Positions 1 through 16,563 of a stretch of DNA of 64,000 nucleotides are shown here, in pieces. The stretch is taken from contig DBGAXC010000010.1 of assembly GCA_048447565.1 (NCBI GenBank), positions 838-64,837 on the forward strand. The letters are read 5' to 3'. Made by a program: the position numbers and the translations under genes. The DNA comes from Collinsella aerofaciens. GTDB taxonomy: Bacteria; Actinomycetota; Coriobacteriia; Coriobacteriales; Coriobacteriaceae. Positions within the stretch are counted from its first letter, which is position 1. Each line of letters starts with the position of its first letter. The notes under the pieces were generated by a model, which was not told where the DNA came from, did not search any database, and saw only the letters and a list, made by a program, of their open reading frames with translations.

Positions 1-549
1 TTCCTCGCCGAAGTTCATGCTGGGCGTGCCGATGCCTTGTTCTTCTTCACCATAGAGAACAAGTTCGCCCGTCTCTGCTGCCGGCTTGTAGTAGTTAACG
101 CCATTTGGATTGGACAGCGTAAACGTCACGGCACCGCAACCGTTTTTATCGATAGCCATCTCATGGATATCAAGCGTATAGCCGTTACCCTCGACGGACA
201 GATTAACCTTCTGGACTTTGCCCTCCAGGCTTTGGGGCGCAATGCCGTCACCAAACTCTCTGGTGTAGGTGTATTTAGCCCCCGATGAGCCGCCGTTGGT
301 CCAGGTAATGGAATCCCCATTGCCGTGGTTTCCCCAGGCTGAGGCAAAATAGCTGGAATTGATAACGGCGTAGGCGACCCCTCCGGTCGCCAACACTCCG
401 GCGAGACATCCGATTACGGCAACATAGAGAGACTTCGCATGGCCCTTTCGATGAAGCGGCTCACCCGCAGCGGTATTTAGGACGCGATCTGCAAGATCGC
501 TATCGGCTTGGATGGACTCGAAGGCCTGCTTGATTTGATTGGATTTCAC
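1..549 (-). CDS. Putative membrane-anchored anti-sigma factor (partial, runs off window start)
   Basis: Read by hand: GTG at 549 behind AGAGGAGGG, open to position 1 (MKSNQIKQAFESIQADSDLADRVL...SLYVAVIGCLAGVLATGGVAYAVI...); one hydrophobic TM segment; overlaps the 3' end of the ECF sigma gene. Confidence 0.7.
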   Translation of the reverse strand, partial: MKSNQIKQAFESIQADSDLADRVLNTAAGEPLHRKGHAKSLYVAVIGCLAGVLATGGVAYAVINSSYFASAWGNHGNGDSITWTNGGSSGAKYTYTREFGDGIAPQSLEGKVQKVNLSVEGNGYTLDIHEMAIDKNGCGAVTFTLSNPNGVNYYKPAAETGELVLYGEEEQGIGTPSMNFGEE

Positions 550-1018
550 GGTCGCCCTCCTCTAGGATGAATTTGAGCTTCGATCGACCGCGAGCTAAAC
601 GCGTTCGAACGGTCGCGGCTGGTACATGCAACAACTCGGCAATCTCTGAGGTCGAAAAGCCCAGATAGTAATAGAGCACGATGGGAACGCGGAATCGCTC
701 CGGAAGTCGCATAACGTCTGACAGGACCGCCTTGGTCTCATCCTGCGCCGCCGAAAGCGAATCGGCCAGGTTCTCAATATCCTCCACACGCCTCCATGGC
801 TTTCGAAAGAGCGATTTACATTCATTGATCGTGACCCGGATAAGCCATCGACGAAGATGTTCCCAACTTTCAAAATGTCCATCGCTTTTAAGCAGCTTAA
901 GAAAGACATCCTGGGCAACATCGTCGGCGTCGGCACGATCGCGCAGGTACGTCAATGCGATTCGAAACACGACATCACGGTGATCCTCGACCGCCTGTCT
1001 AAATGCTTGTTCTTCCAT
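500..1018 (-). CDS. ECF-family RNA polymerase sigma factor
   Basis: Region 2 (DADDVAQDVFLKL..WLIRVTINECK) and region 4 (LPERFRVPIVLYYYLGFSTSEIAELL..TVRTRLARGR); GGAGGTGA RBS before ATG at 1018. Confidence 0.92.
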   Translation of the reverse strand: MEEQAFRQAVEDHRDVVFRIALTYLRDRADADDVAQDVFLKLLKSDGHFESWEHLRRWLIRVTINECKSLFRKPWRRVEDIENLADSLSAAQDETKAVLSDVMRLPERFRVPIVLYYYLGFSTSEIAELLHVPAATVRTRLARGRSKLKFILEEGDREIQSNQAGLRVHPSR

Positions 1019-1108
1019 AATCACCTCCCGGTGACGTTAATGATTCTTTCTGAGGCCCTCACCATAGATACGCTTTGACCGAAAGGAATGTTTCAAATTC
1101 AAGCAGGA

Positions 1109-1143
1109 AAAACCTACCAAATTAAACCTGTCCCTTATTGGCA
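1109..1143. repeat. REP-like element, GGGACAG family
   Basis: AAAACCTACCAAATTAAACCTGTCCCTTATTGGCA matches the reverse complement of 35467-35501 with 2 mismatches. Confidence 0.7.
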
Positions 1144-1174
1144 AAAGGAATCCCCTTCTGTGCGCGGGGGCAGT

Positions 1175-1307
1175 TTCCCGGAACGGGCCGCCCGCTGTTT
1201 AAGTTTGCTGCTCTACAGTCCTGCGCAAGACGGAAAGCACATTAAGTGCTTTCCTTTGCGTGCGGAACTCGCGACAAACTTAAACAGCGGGCGGCCCGTT
1301 CCGGGAA
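1175..1307. repeat. Long hairpin element, copy 1 (33 bp perfect arms, conserved core)
   Basis: 1175-1207 is the exact reverse complement of 1275-1307; core motifs shared with the element at 12101-12358. Confidence 0.9.
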
Positions 1308-1340
1308 TCCGACGTGCTCGTCGGGGTAACGTTCCTCACC

Positions 1341-1378
1341 AAAAAAGACCCGCTTCCCTGTTGGGAAACGGGTCTTTG
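1341..1378 (-). terminator. Intrinsic terminator after rpoC
   Basis: AAAGACCCG...CGGGTCTTT stem with an A6 run (U tract on minus strand) just past the rpoC stop. Confidence 0.8.
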
Positions 1379-1403
1379 GAAGGACGGTTAACGTACTTGG
1401 AAG

Positions 1404-5879
<4,476 letters not shown>

Positions 5880-5885
5880 AGTCAA

Positions 5886-9377
<3,492 letters not shown>

Positions 9378-9664
9378 CAGGTTTTTCCTCCTTCACGGAA
9401 ATGCTCGGTGGGTTGGCGAGGCATAGCTTCGCCAGTTATCGCAACCTAATAGTTTATCAGGTACCGACCGTTGGGCAAGAAAAGCCTTGACGCGATTGAG
9501 TTTTTGGAGTAGCAAAGTTTTTCGGCAGAAAACACGCAGGTAGATGTATGTGTATCGAACATCTGTTCATATATTTTCTGTGAACAGAGAGCCAGCAATC
9601 GCAGCTCTTATAAAAAACGGGTGCAGACCGAAGTCCGCACCCGTAAATGTCGATGCCCGAAGGC

Positions 9665-10573
9665 TTATTTGCGCATCAAGCCGCCGCGCTCGTCGATGGC
9701 GTCCCAGAAGGCGCTGGCAAAGCGAGGATCGCTTGCGGCCATGAGGGCGTTGGTGGCCATCCAGCCAGACGGGGTGCCGGTGTCGTAGCCCGAGAGCGGG
9801 TCGATGACGACAGCGTACATGGCCTCGCGATCGAGCGAGCGGGCCATGGCGTCGGTGAGCTGGATCTCGCCGCCCTTGCCGGCCTGCTGATCGGCGAGCA
9901 GGTCCATGACCAGCGGGCTCAGCAGATAACGGCCGACAATGTACAGGTTGGACGGAGCCGCCTCGGGAGCGGGCTTCTCGACCAGACCGCCGATGCGCCA
10001 GACAGCGCCCGGCTCTGCATCGGCAACGTCCTCGGCGCCCTCGAGCGAACCGACGCGCTCGCCGGCGATAACGCCGTAGCGGCTGACTTCCTCGGGCGAG
10101 CAAGCAGCGACGGCGATAACCGAAGCTCCACCGTGCTCCTTGGAAACGGCGAGCATCTTGTCGCAGATGTCGCGATTAGGCACAACGTAGTCGCCCAGAA
10201 GAACCAGGAAGTTCTCCCCTGCCACGGCGTCGGCAGCAGAGCGGATAGCATGGCCGAGGCCCTTGGGCTCGTACTGATAACGGAAGTCGACCGGCATACC
10301 GCCCGCATGGGCGACGGCGTCGGCGTAGGCGTCCTTACCGCGCTCGCGCAGCAGATTCTCGAGCGAGCGATCGGGCTGGAAGTAGCTCAGCAGCTCGGGC
10401 TTACCGGGAGAGGTAACGATGATGGCGTCATCGACCTCCTCGGGGTCGAGCGCCTCCTCGACGACATACTGAATGACCGGCTTGTCGAGCACCGGCAGCA
10501 TCTCTTTGGGCGTGCACTTGGTGCCAGGCAGAAAACGCGTGCCAAGACCGGCGGCGGGGATGATTGCCTTCAT
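9665..10573 (-). CDS. galU: UTP--glucose-1-phosphate uridylyltransferase
   Basis: KAIIPAAGLGTRFLP.TK..PKEMLPV, VEKP, GEIQLTDA. Confidence 0.92.
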   Translation of the reverse strand: MKAIIPAAGLGTRFLPGTKCTPKEMLPVLDKPVIQYVVEEALDPEEVDDAIIVTSPGKPELLSYFQPDRSLENLLRERGKDAYADAVAHAGGMPVDFRYQYEPKGLGHAIRSAADAVAGENFLVLLGDYVVPNRDICDKMLAVSKEHGGASVIAVAACSPEEVSRYGVIAGERVGSLEGAEDVADAEPGAVWRIGGLVEKPAPEAAPSNLYIVGRYLLSPLVMDLLADQQAGKGGEIQLTDAMARSLDREAMYAVVIDPLSGYDTGTPSGWMATNALMAASDPRFASAFWDAIDERGGLMRK

Positions 10574-10826
10574 GTTATTCAAGGATCCTTTCGCAGGCGC
10601 AGAATGCGCCCTGTGCGTGCGGCACGGCGGCCGCAGACCAAATTGCGATACCGAAGTATCTTACCGCCGGAGACATACGTCGCCGTAAGGCAAACGCAAT
10701 TCTTCAGCAGGTCAACGCAAATTATTGCTCGAATGGTGCAATTTTACGCCCCAGCGGTAACGGGAATGGCACGGCGAAGACAACGATGCTCTGCGTGCCG
10801 AGCAATGGGAATGAGGAGCCAAAAAC

Positions 10827-10860
10827 AAAAAAGACGGGGCTCGCATAGCGAGCCCCGTCT
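10827..10860 (-). terminator. Intrinsic terminator after rplL
   Basis: AGACGGGGCTCGC/GCGAGCCCCGTCT stem preceded by an A run. Confidence 0.8.
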
Positions 10861-10887
10861 GTAAAGAAATCTGGCGAGAAAGCCTGA

Positions 10888-11265
10888 TTACTTGAGGGTG
10901 ACAGCAGCGCCAGCAGCCTCGAGCTTCTCCTTGGCAGCCTCGGCGTCCTCCTTCTTGGCACCCTCGAGAACAGCCTTGGGAGCGCCCTCGACGACCTCCT
11001 TGGCCTCCTTCAGGCCAAGGTTGGTGAGCTCACGGACGGCCTTGATGACCTGGATCTTGTTGTCGCCGAAGCCCTCGAGCACGACGTCAAACTCGGTCTT
11101 CTCCTCGGCCTCAGCAGCGCCAGCAGCGGGAGCGGCGACAACGGCAGCAGGAGCAGCGGCGGAAACGCCGAAGGTGTCCTCGATAGCCTTAACGAGCTCG
11201 GAAGCCTCGAGAAGGGTCATTTCCTTAAGAGCATCGATGATCTCATCGGTGGTAAGCTTAGCCAT
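10888..11265 (-). CDS. rplL: 50S ribosomal protein L7/L12
   Basis: [30 protein letters not shown]. Confidence 0.98.
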   Translation of the reverse strand: MAKLTTDEIIDALKEMTLLEASELVKAIEDTFGVSAAAPAAVVAAPAAGAAEAEEKTEFDVVLEGFGDNKIQVIKAVRELTNLGLKEAKEVVEGAPKAVLEGAKKEDAEAAKEKLEAAGAAVTLK

Positions 11266-11366
11266 TTCTAAGTCCTTTCGGTTTCCGTGCGGATGCACGG
11301 AGATCAGTTAAAACACGGCGCGATGCGCCAGGGGTGCGGCGTTGCCGCCGCGGGTGAAAACAGCGA

Positions 11367-11888
11367 CTAGGCTGCCTTCTGCTCGGAGACCTGCTGGATC
11401 GAACGAGCGAGACCAGAGGAAACGCCGTTGACGCAGACAGCGATGTCGCGAGCGAAACCGGAGATGAGACCGGCAATCTGGCCGAGAAGCTGATCCTTGG
11501 TGGGCAGCTCGGCGATAGCCTTAACATCATCAGCGGAAACGGCCTTGCCGTCGGAGATACCGCCCTTGATCTCAAGGACGCCCTTGGACTGAGCAGAGAA
11601 GTCCTTAAGGGCCTTAGCGGCCTCGACCGGCTCGGACTCGTAGAACACATAAGCGACGGGGCCGGCGAGGATCTCGTCGAGCTCGGGCTGCTCCTGGTTC
11701 TTGAGAGCGATCTTGACCAGGTTGTTCTTGTAGACCTTCATCTCGGCGCCGCACTCGCGAAGCTGATGACGCAGCTCCTGAGCCTGCTTAACCGTCAGAC
11801 CGTTGTAGTTGACGACGAACAGACCGGCGTTCTCGGCGATACGGGACTCGATCTCTGCAACCTTGTCGATTTTGTACTGCTGGGGCAT
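11367..11888 (-). CDS. rplJ: 50S ribosomal protein L10
   Basis: YNGLTVKQAQELRHQLR..KVYKNNL; upstream of rplL. Confidence 0.97.
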   Translation of the reverse strand: MPQQYKIDKVAEIESRIAENAGLFVVNYNGLTVKQAQELRHQLRECGAEMKVYKNNLVKIALKNQEQPELDEILAGPVAYVFYESEPVEAAKALKDFSAQSKGVLEIKGGISDGKAVSADDVKAIAELPTKDQLLGQIAGLISGFARDIAVCVNGVSSGLARSIQQVSEQKAA

Positions 11889-11952
11889 GAATTACACCTC
11901 CTCGAATTCTTTCCGGGCACGGTCCGCCACAAGGACGTGACGGGGGCATGTC

Positions 11953-12076
11953 CAAAAAGAAAGCCCCCGCGCTGCATGAGCGACGGGGGCGAGAAGACAT
12001 ATCTACTCGACCACCTCGGCTGGCGGGAAGTCCCATTAAGCTCGCGGGTAAGACCCGTTTGCGCCGGCTGTCTCTG
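11953..12076 (-). promoter_or_regulatory. L10 leader (autogenous attenuator) with terminator hairpin
   Basis: Minus strand GAGACAGCCGG...TTAA...CCAGCCGAGG resembles the L10 leader consensus, followed by GCCCCCG/CGGGGGC-TTTCTTTTT upstream of rplJ. Confidence 0.75.
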
Positions 12077-12100
12077 GCAGCGGATTCGTGCGTGAACCGA

Positions 12101-12358
12101 AAGTATTATGGCGGGGACCCCAGCGTCGGTCAACGGAAAACCGGGCTGCACACAATTCCACCATCCGGCACGCTCCGCCGAAGGCCAGGCGCAAGGTTTT
12201 CGCTCGGTCAAGTCCTGGCTCGCACGAAGAGCACATTAAGTGCTCTTCGGCTCGTGCGGAATCTACGAAAACCTTGCGCCTGGCCTTCGGCGGAGCGTGC
12301 CTGCGTTGACTTTGGGCAGCCCGGGTTTTCGTTGGCTGACGCCCCACTCATAATGCTT
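12101..12358. repeat. Long hairpin element, copy 2 (36 bp perfect inner arms, imperfect outer arms)
   Basis: 12167-12202 is the exact reverse complement of 12266-12301; outer arms pair with G-T wobbles; core shared with 1175-1307. Confidence 0.9.
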
Positions 12359-12392
12359 GGGTCGGTGGGCTGATGTGTTGCATCCCGTTGGG

Positions 12393-13529
12393 CTACAAGG
12401 TTGAAACGAAGGTGGACAGGCGGTGGAGACCTTCGTCCAAATCTTTGTCGGAGACGCAGTAGCTGAGGCGGATGTGGCCTTCGGTGCCGAAACAGTCGCC
12501 CGGGACTAGGGCTACGTTTGCTTCTTTGATGGCTTTGGTACAGAAGTCTTCGCTGGTTAGGCCGTACCGTTTGATGCTGGGGAAGGCGTAGAAGGCACCG
12601 ACCGGTTCCACTACGTCGAGGCCCATGGCGTCTAAGGCTGCGAGTACGCGCTCGCGGCGGGCTCGATAGACTTCGAGCATAGGGGCGGGGTCGACGGTGA
12701 GGGCTCGGGCTGCGGCGTCCATTTCGAAGGAGACGGCACTGGATACCAGGTATTGGTGGGCTTTTGCGATCTCGGCGATGACGGGGGCTGCCGCTGCGAG
12801 CCAGCCCAGGCGCCAGCCGGTCATGGCCCAGGGCTTGGAGAAGCTCTCGATAACTACCGTCTGCTCGCGAAGTTCTGGGTGGCGCTGGGCAAAGCGCTTG
12901 TAGCCATCCACGTAGACCAAGCGGTTGTATACGTCGTCGCAGACCACGTAGACGCCCGTCTGCTTCGCCACACGCGCCACGGCGTCGAGCGATGCCGCAT
13001 CAAGGATGCAGCCCGTAGGATTGTTAGGCGAGCAGATGACGATGGCCTTGGTCGCCGGCGTCACGCAGGCACGAAGTGCGTCCTCGTCAATCTGGAATTG
13101 CGTAGGCTCCGTATCCAAAAAGACTGCCTTGGCGTGGTTGGCCACGACGATGCTCTCGTACAGGCCAAAGGCCGGCGTGGGGATAATGACCTCGTCGCCG
13201 GGGTTGAGCATAGCCATGAATGTTGCCGACAGGGCCTCGGTCGCGCCGTCGGTCAGGATGACCTCATCGGCGGAAAACGCCAGGCCCGCGTCATCCATAT
13301 ATTTGGACAGTGCATCGCGCAGGGCGGGGCGACCGTTGTTGGGCGGATAGTGCGTGTCACCGCGGTCCAGTGCGGCGGTCACCTCGGCGCTAATCACATC
13401 GGGCGTGGGAAAATCGGGCTCGCCGAGCGCGAGCGCGATGCACCCCGGATGCTGGGCGGCGAGCGCGTTAATCCGGCGGATACCGGAGGGCTTGAGCATG
13501 GCAAGCGAGGTATTCATGGGCAGACGCAT
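12393..13529 (-). CDS. PLP-dependent aminotransferase class I/II
   Basis: GEPDF, SPNNPTG, DDVY, SFSKPWAMTGWRLG. Confidence 0.95.
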   Translation of the reverse strand: MRLPMNTSLAMLKPSGIRRINALAAQHPGCIALALGEPDFPTPDVISAEVTAALDRGDTHYPPNNGRPALRDALSKYMDDAGLAFSADEVILTDGATEALSATFMAMLNPGDEVIIPTPAFGLYESIVVANHAKAVFLDTEPTQFQIDEDALRACVTPATKAIVICSPNNPTGCILDAASLDAVARVAKQTGVYVVCDDVYNRLVYVDGYKRFAQRHPELREQTVVIESFSKPWAMTGWRLGWLAAAAPVIAEIAKAHQYLVSSAVSFEMDAAARALTVDPAPMLEVYRARRERVLAALDAMGLDVVEPVGAFYAFPSIKRYGLTSEDFCTKAIKEANVALVPGDCFGTEGHIRLSYCVSDKDLDEGLHRLSTFVSTL

Positions 13530-13622
13530 GGCGTTCCTTTCGTAAGGGTTGCACTAGGATAGCGCGGCGGGGCGCCGCCAGACGGTGTAACCTAAACGGA
13601 AACGAGCCGGAAAGGAGATGGC

Positions 13623-14285
13623 ATGGAGACGACCGCGCGCGGCGACGTACCAAAAACACTGCACACCATTGCGTATATCAGTATTCCCAATAGCGCCGAT
13701 CTTGATTTTTTGCTCTGGGACCTGCAGGATGCCATCGCCGCCTATGCTCAACTTTCCGGCACCGCACTCCCCCGCCCGGTCGACTTGAAGGCAAATGACA
13801 CCGGCAGCGTTGCCGATGGCATCGTGCTGGCCATTGAAGATGTGGCTGACGATGAGACGTTGGCAGCCATCGAGCAGGCGCTTGAGCGCTTTGGCGGTAC
13901 GGGAACGCGCGTCTATGCCGCGATTCGAGCCGCACAAGAGGGCACTGAGCAGGCGCGTGAGACCGCCGTTCGTCTGCACAAGGCATGTGAGCGCCATGAC
14001 CAATTGTGGTGTGGCGGCGTTGCCATCTGCGCTGGCAGCGGCATTGCGGCGCTTCGCCATTCCCCACGCATGGGCCTCTTGCGCCGACCATTTTCGGAAG
14101 CGACGGATAAGCTTGTGGGCGCTGTGCGCATGGGCTGCTCCGTCGAGCATGCACAGCGACTTGGCGGCGGCAATGCCGCCAACGTCGGCACCGACGGCAT
14201 GGTTTGCGCCGAGCCAGCCGTGCCCGCGCCGATCTGGCGAGGCGTTCTGAAACGTCTGGGCGCCCACGCTCAAACAAAAATCTAA
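13623..14285 (+). CDS. Hypothetical protein (possibly flavodoxin-like fold)
   Basis: 220 aa ORF with AAGGAG RBS filling the gap between neighbouring genes. Confidence 0.65.
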   Translation: METTARGDVPKTLHTIAYISIPNSADLDFLLWDLQDAIAAYAQLSGTALPRPVDLKANDTGSVADGIVLAIEDVADDETLAAIEQALERFGGTGTRVYAAIRAAQEGTEQARETAVRLHKACERHDQLWCGGVAICAGSGIAALRHSPRMGLLRRPFSEATDKLVGAVRMGCSVEHAQRLGGGNAANVGTDGMVCAEPAVPAPIWRGVLKRLGAHAQTKI

Positions 14286-14286
14286 A

Positions 14287-14850
14287 TTAAATAACAGCCC
14301 AGTCAACGGCTTCGTGCCAACGCTCAACAAGACGTTCCAGGCGCCAGGCGGCATTGGCAGGACTTGTCGAGGGCAGGACGATGGCGGGCAGCCCCGTCCG
14401 ATCTTGCAAGTAGCGTTTGTAGAGTCGCCCTGCCGTACCGCCGTTACAGACAACGACCTCGATCGGCGCGGCATCGGTAATGCACTCGATATGTGCCGGC
14501 ACAACGCTGCGAATGCTCGCGTCGCTCGAGCCCTTAATGTCGCAGCTCTCAATCACATCCCACAAGGCCACGCCACCGTTCAACAGCATGGATCGCTTGG
14601 CGGCAATGGAGGCATCAAGCGTCGCGGGCTCACCGCTTGCCAAAGGATCGCCCTCGTTGGGCGGCACAGGCATACCGAGGCACGTGGCCATCACACGCCA
14701 AAAGCGATTCTGAGGGTTGCCGTAATAAAAGGCATTGGCGCGCGAAAGCACCGAGGGAAACGACCCGAGCACCAAAACGCGCGAGCGCTGGTCGAACACG
14801 GGCTCAAACCCATGCTCAATATGTTGATAGCCCTCGTCCGGCGCTGTCAT
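14287..14850 (-). CDS. DNA-deoxyinosine (hypoxanthine) glycosylase, UDG superfamily
   Basis: LVLGSFPSVLS, YYGNPQNRFW, SSDASI, LPSTSPAN. Confidence 0.88.
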   Translation of the reverse strand: MTAPDEGYQHIEHGFEPVFDQRSRVLVLGSFPSVLSRANAFYYGNPQNRFWRVMATCLGMPVPPNEGDPLASGEPATLDASIAAKRSMLLNGGVALWDVIESCDIKGSSDASIRSVVPAHIECITDAAPIEVVVCNGGTAGRLYKRYLQDRTGLPAIVLPSTSPANAAWRLERLVERWHEAVDWAVI

Positions 14851-14853
14851 GAT

Positions 14854-16230
14854 CTAGGCCCTCAACAGATAGCGCACCTCGTAGGGCGCAAGCTCAAGGG
14901 TACCCGTCAGCTCGACCGTGGGCGCATCGTCGGCAAGCAGGTCGACGAAGGAGCCGTTGAGTTCGCCAGCGCCAAAGGCGTAAGGCTCACCCACGGCATT
15001 CACCGCCACGAGTACCGTCGCGCCGTCACAGGCGCGCTCGAACAGCAGCTGCTTGTTCTGGATCACCACGTTGCGATAGGCACCGTAGTTGAGAGCACGG
15101 GCAGCCGCGTCGTCGGCCGAGCGAAGGTGTGCGAGTTGCGTGATGAACGCCGTCAGCTCGTTGGGCGCAGGCTCATCGAGCGCAGGGCGCAGCGCCCAGT
15201 CGCCATCGGGGCCGCCCTTTTCGCCAGCAATTCCCCACTCGCTGCCATAGTAGACGCACGGGATGCCCGGCATGCCAAAGAGCATGCCGTAGGCGGGACG
15301 CAGACAGGACTTGTCGGTGAGGATGCTCGCCAGGCGCGGCACATCGTGGTTGTCGACAAACGACAGCAGATGTTTGCCGCGGTAGATGCACCAGGGGTCG
15401 CCGCCAAACTGACGGTGCAGCGAATGGGCGATCTCGAACATGTTGACCGAGTTAAAGCTGGAGTACAGGCCCTTGTAGCACTCGTAGTTGGTGCAGGAGT
15501 CGAGCATCTCGTCGTTGACGATTTGGCTGTAGTCGCCGTGGAGAGTCTCGCCGATCAGCACAAAGTCGGGCTTGAGCTCACGGGTAAAAGCGTGCAGGCG
15601 GCGCATAAAGTCGCGGTCGAGCATATAGGCAACGTCCAGGCGCAGGCCGTCGACGCCAAAGACCTCGGCCCAGCGGCGCACGGACTCGAGCAGGTAATCG
15701 ACCACGGCGGGGTTTTGCAGGTTGAGCTTCACGAGCTCAAAATGGCCTTCCCAGCCCTCGTACCAAAAGCCGTCGCCGTAACACGAGTCGCCATCAAAGC
15801 TGATGTGGAACCAGTCCTTGTAGGGCGAGTCCCACTTGCGCTCCTGCACATCGCGGAAGGCCCAAAAGCCGCGACCGACGTGGTTGAAGACGGCATCGAG
15901 CACCACGCGAATGCCATGGGCATGCAGCGTCTCGCACACGGCGGCAAAGTCGGCATCCCCACCCAGGCGGCGGTCGATATGGCGCAGGCTGCGCGTGTCG
16001 TAACCGTGGCTATCAGACTCGAGTGGAGGATTGATCAGCACGGCGCCAATACCGAGTTCCTGCAGATAGTCGGCCCATTGGGCAATTTTCATAATGGGGG
16101 CATCGGGGTTAGGCGCGGCGACGACAGTTTGGGATAGTTCATCCTCGGCAACGGGGGCGGCGTTTTCGCGCGGAGCTCCGCAAAAGCCCAGCGGATAGAT
16201 CTGATAGAACGTCGTCTCGTATGCCCACAT
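14854..16230 (-). CDS. GH13 alpha-amylase/cyclomaltodextrinase-like glycosidase
   Basis: FYQIYP, HGYDT, DAVFNH, DGLRLDVA, FVDNHD. Confidence 0.92.
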   Translation of the reverse strand: MWAYETTFYQIYPLGFCGAPRENAAPVAEDELSQTVVAAPNPDAPIMKIAQWADYLQELGIGAVLINPPLESDSHGYDTRSLRHIDRRLGGDADFAAVCETLHAHGIRVVLDAVFNHVGRGFWAFRDVQERKWDSPYKDWFHISFDGDSCYGDGFWYEGWEGHFELVKLNLQNPAVVDYLLESVRRWAEVFGVDGLRLDVAYMLDRDFMRRLHAFTRELKPDFVLIGETLHGDYSQIVNDEMLDSCTNYECYKGLYSSFNSVNMFEIAHSLHRQFGGDPWCIYRGKHLLSFVDNHDVPRLASILTDKSCLRPAYGMLFGMPGIPCVYYGSEWGIAGEKGGPDGDWALRPALDEPAPNELTAFITQLAHLRSADDAAARALNYGAYRNVVIQNKQLLFERACDGATVLVAVNAVGEPYAFGAGELNGSFVDLLADDAPTVELTGTLELAPYEVRYLLRA

Positions 16231-16299
16231 AGCAACCTCCCGGTAAGCGCAACACAACGACATCCATTGTATGCCCAGCCTGTATCCTCTCCCCCAAAA

Positions 16300-16441
16300 T
16301 AAGTTGCGGTGGAATAGGGACTGTTTGCCGGGTTTATTGGGCCCAGCAGTCCGTATTTCACCGCAACTGATGAGGAGGATGTGGCTAGGCGAAGGGCTTT
16401 GCGCGGCGTATGGCTGGGAACATTACGGCGATGGCGAGGAT
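16300..16441. repeat. Left direct repeat of island (67 bp hairpin plus diverged copy of MFS gene 3' end)
   Basis: Aligns with 23767-23907; minus strand reads ILAIAVMFPAIRRAKPFA-stop. Confidence 0.9.
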
Positions 16442-16563
16442 CTTGCCAAATAAATGGTACTGCCGAGATGCCGCCGAGCGAATAGAGGGGTGTCCGCACG
16501 GGCGGCTACCCTATGATAAAGGCGGCATATTCCCGCACCTGATCTACTAAAGGTAGTTGAACG

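Noticed and set aside
1208..1274. Hairpin-ribozyme resemblance of the core (ACAGTCCTG, GCACATTA, GGAA)
   Set aside because: The helices needed to close loops A and B do not form, and GCAC is paired in a simple stem; kept only as an unexplained structured element.
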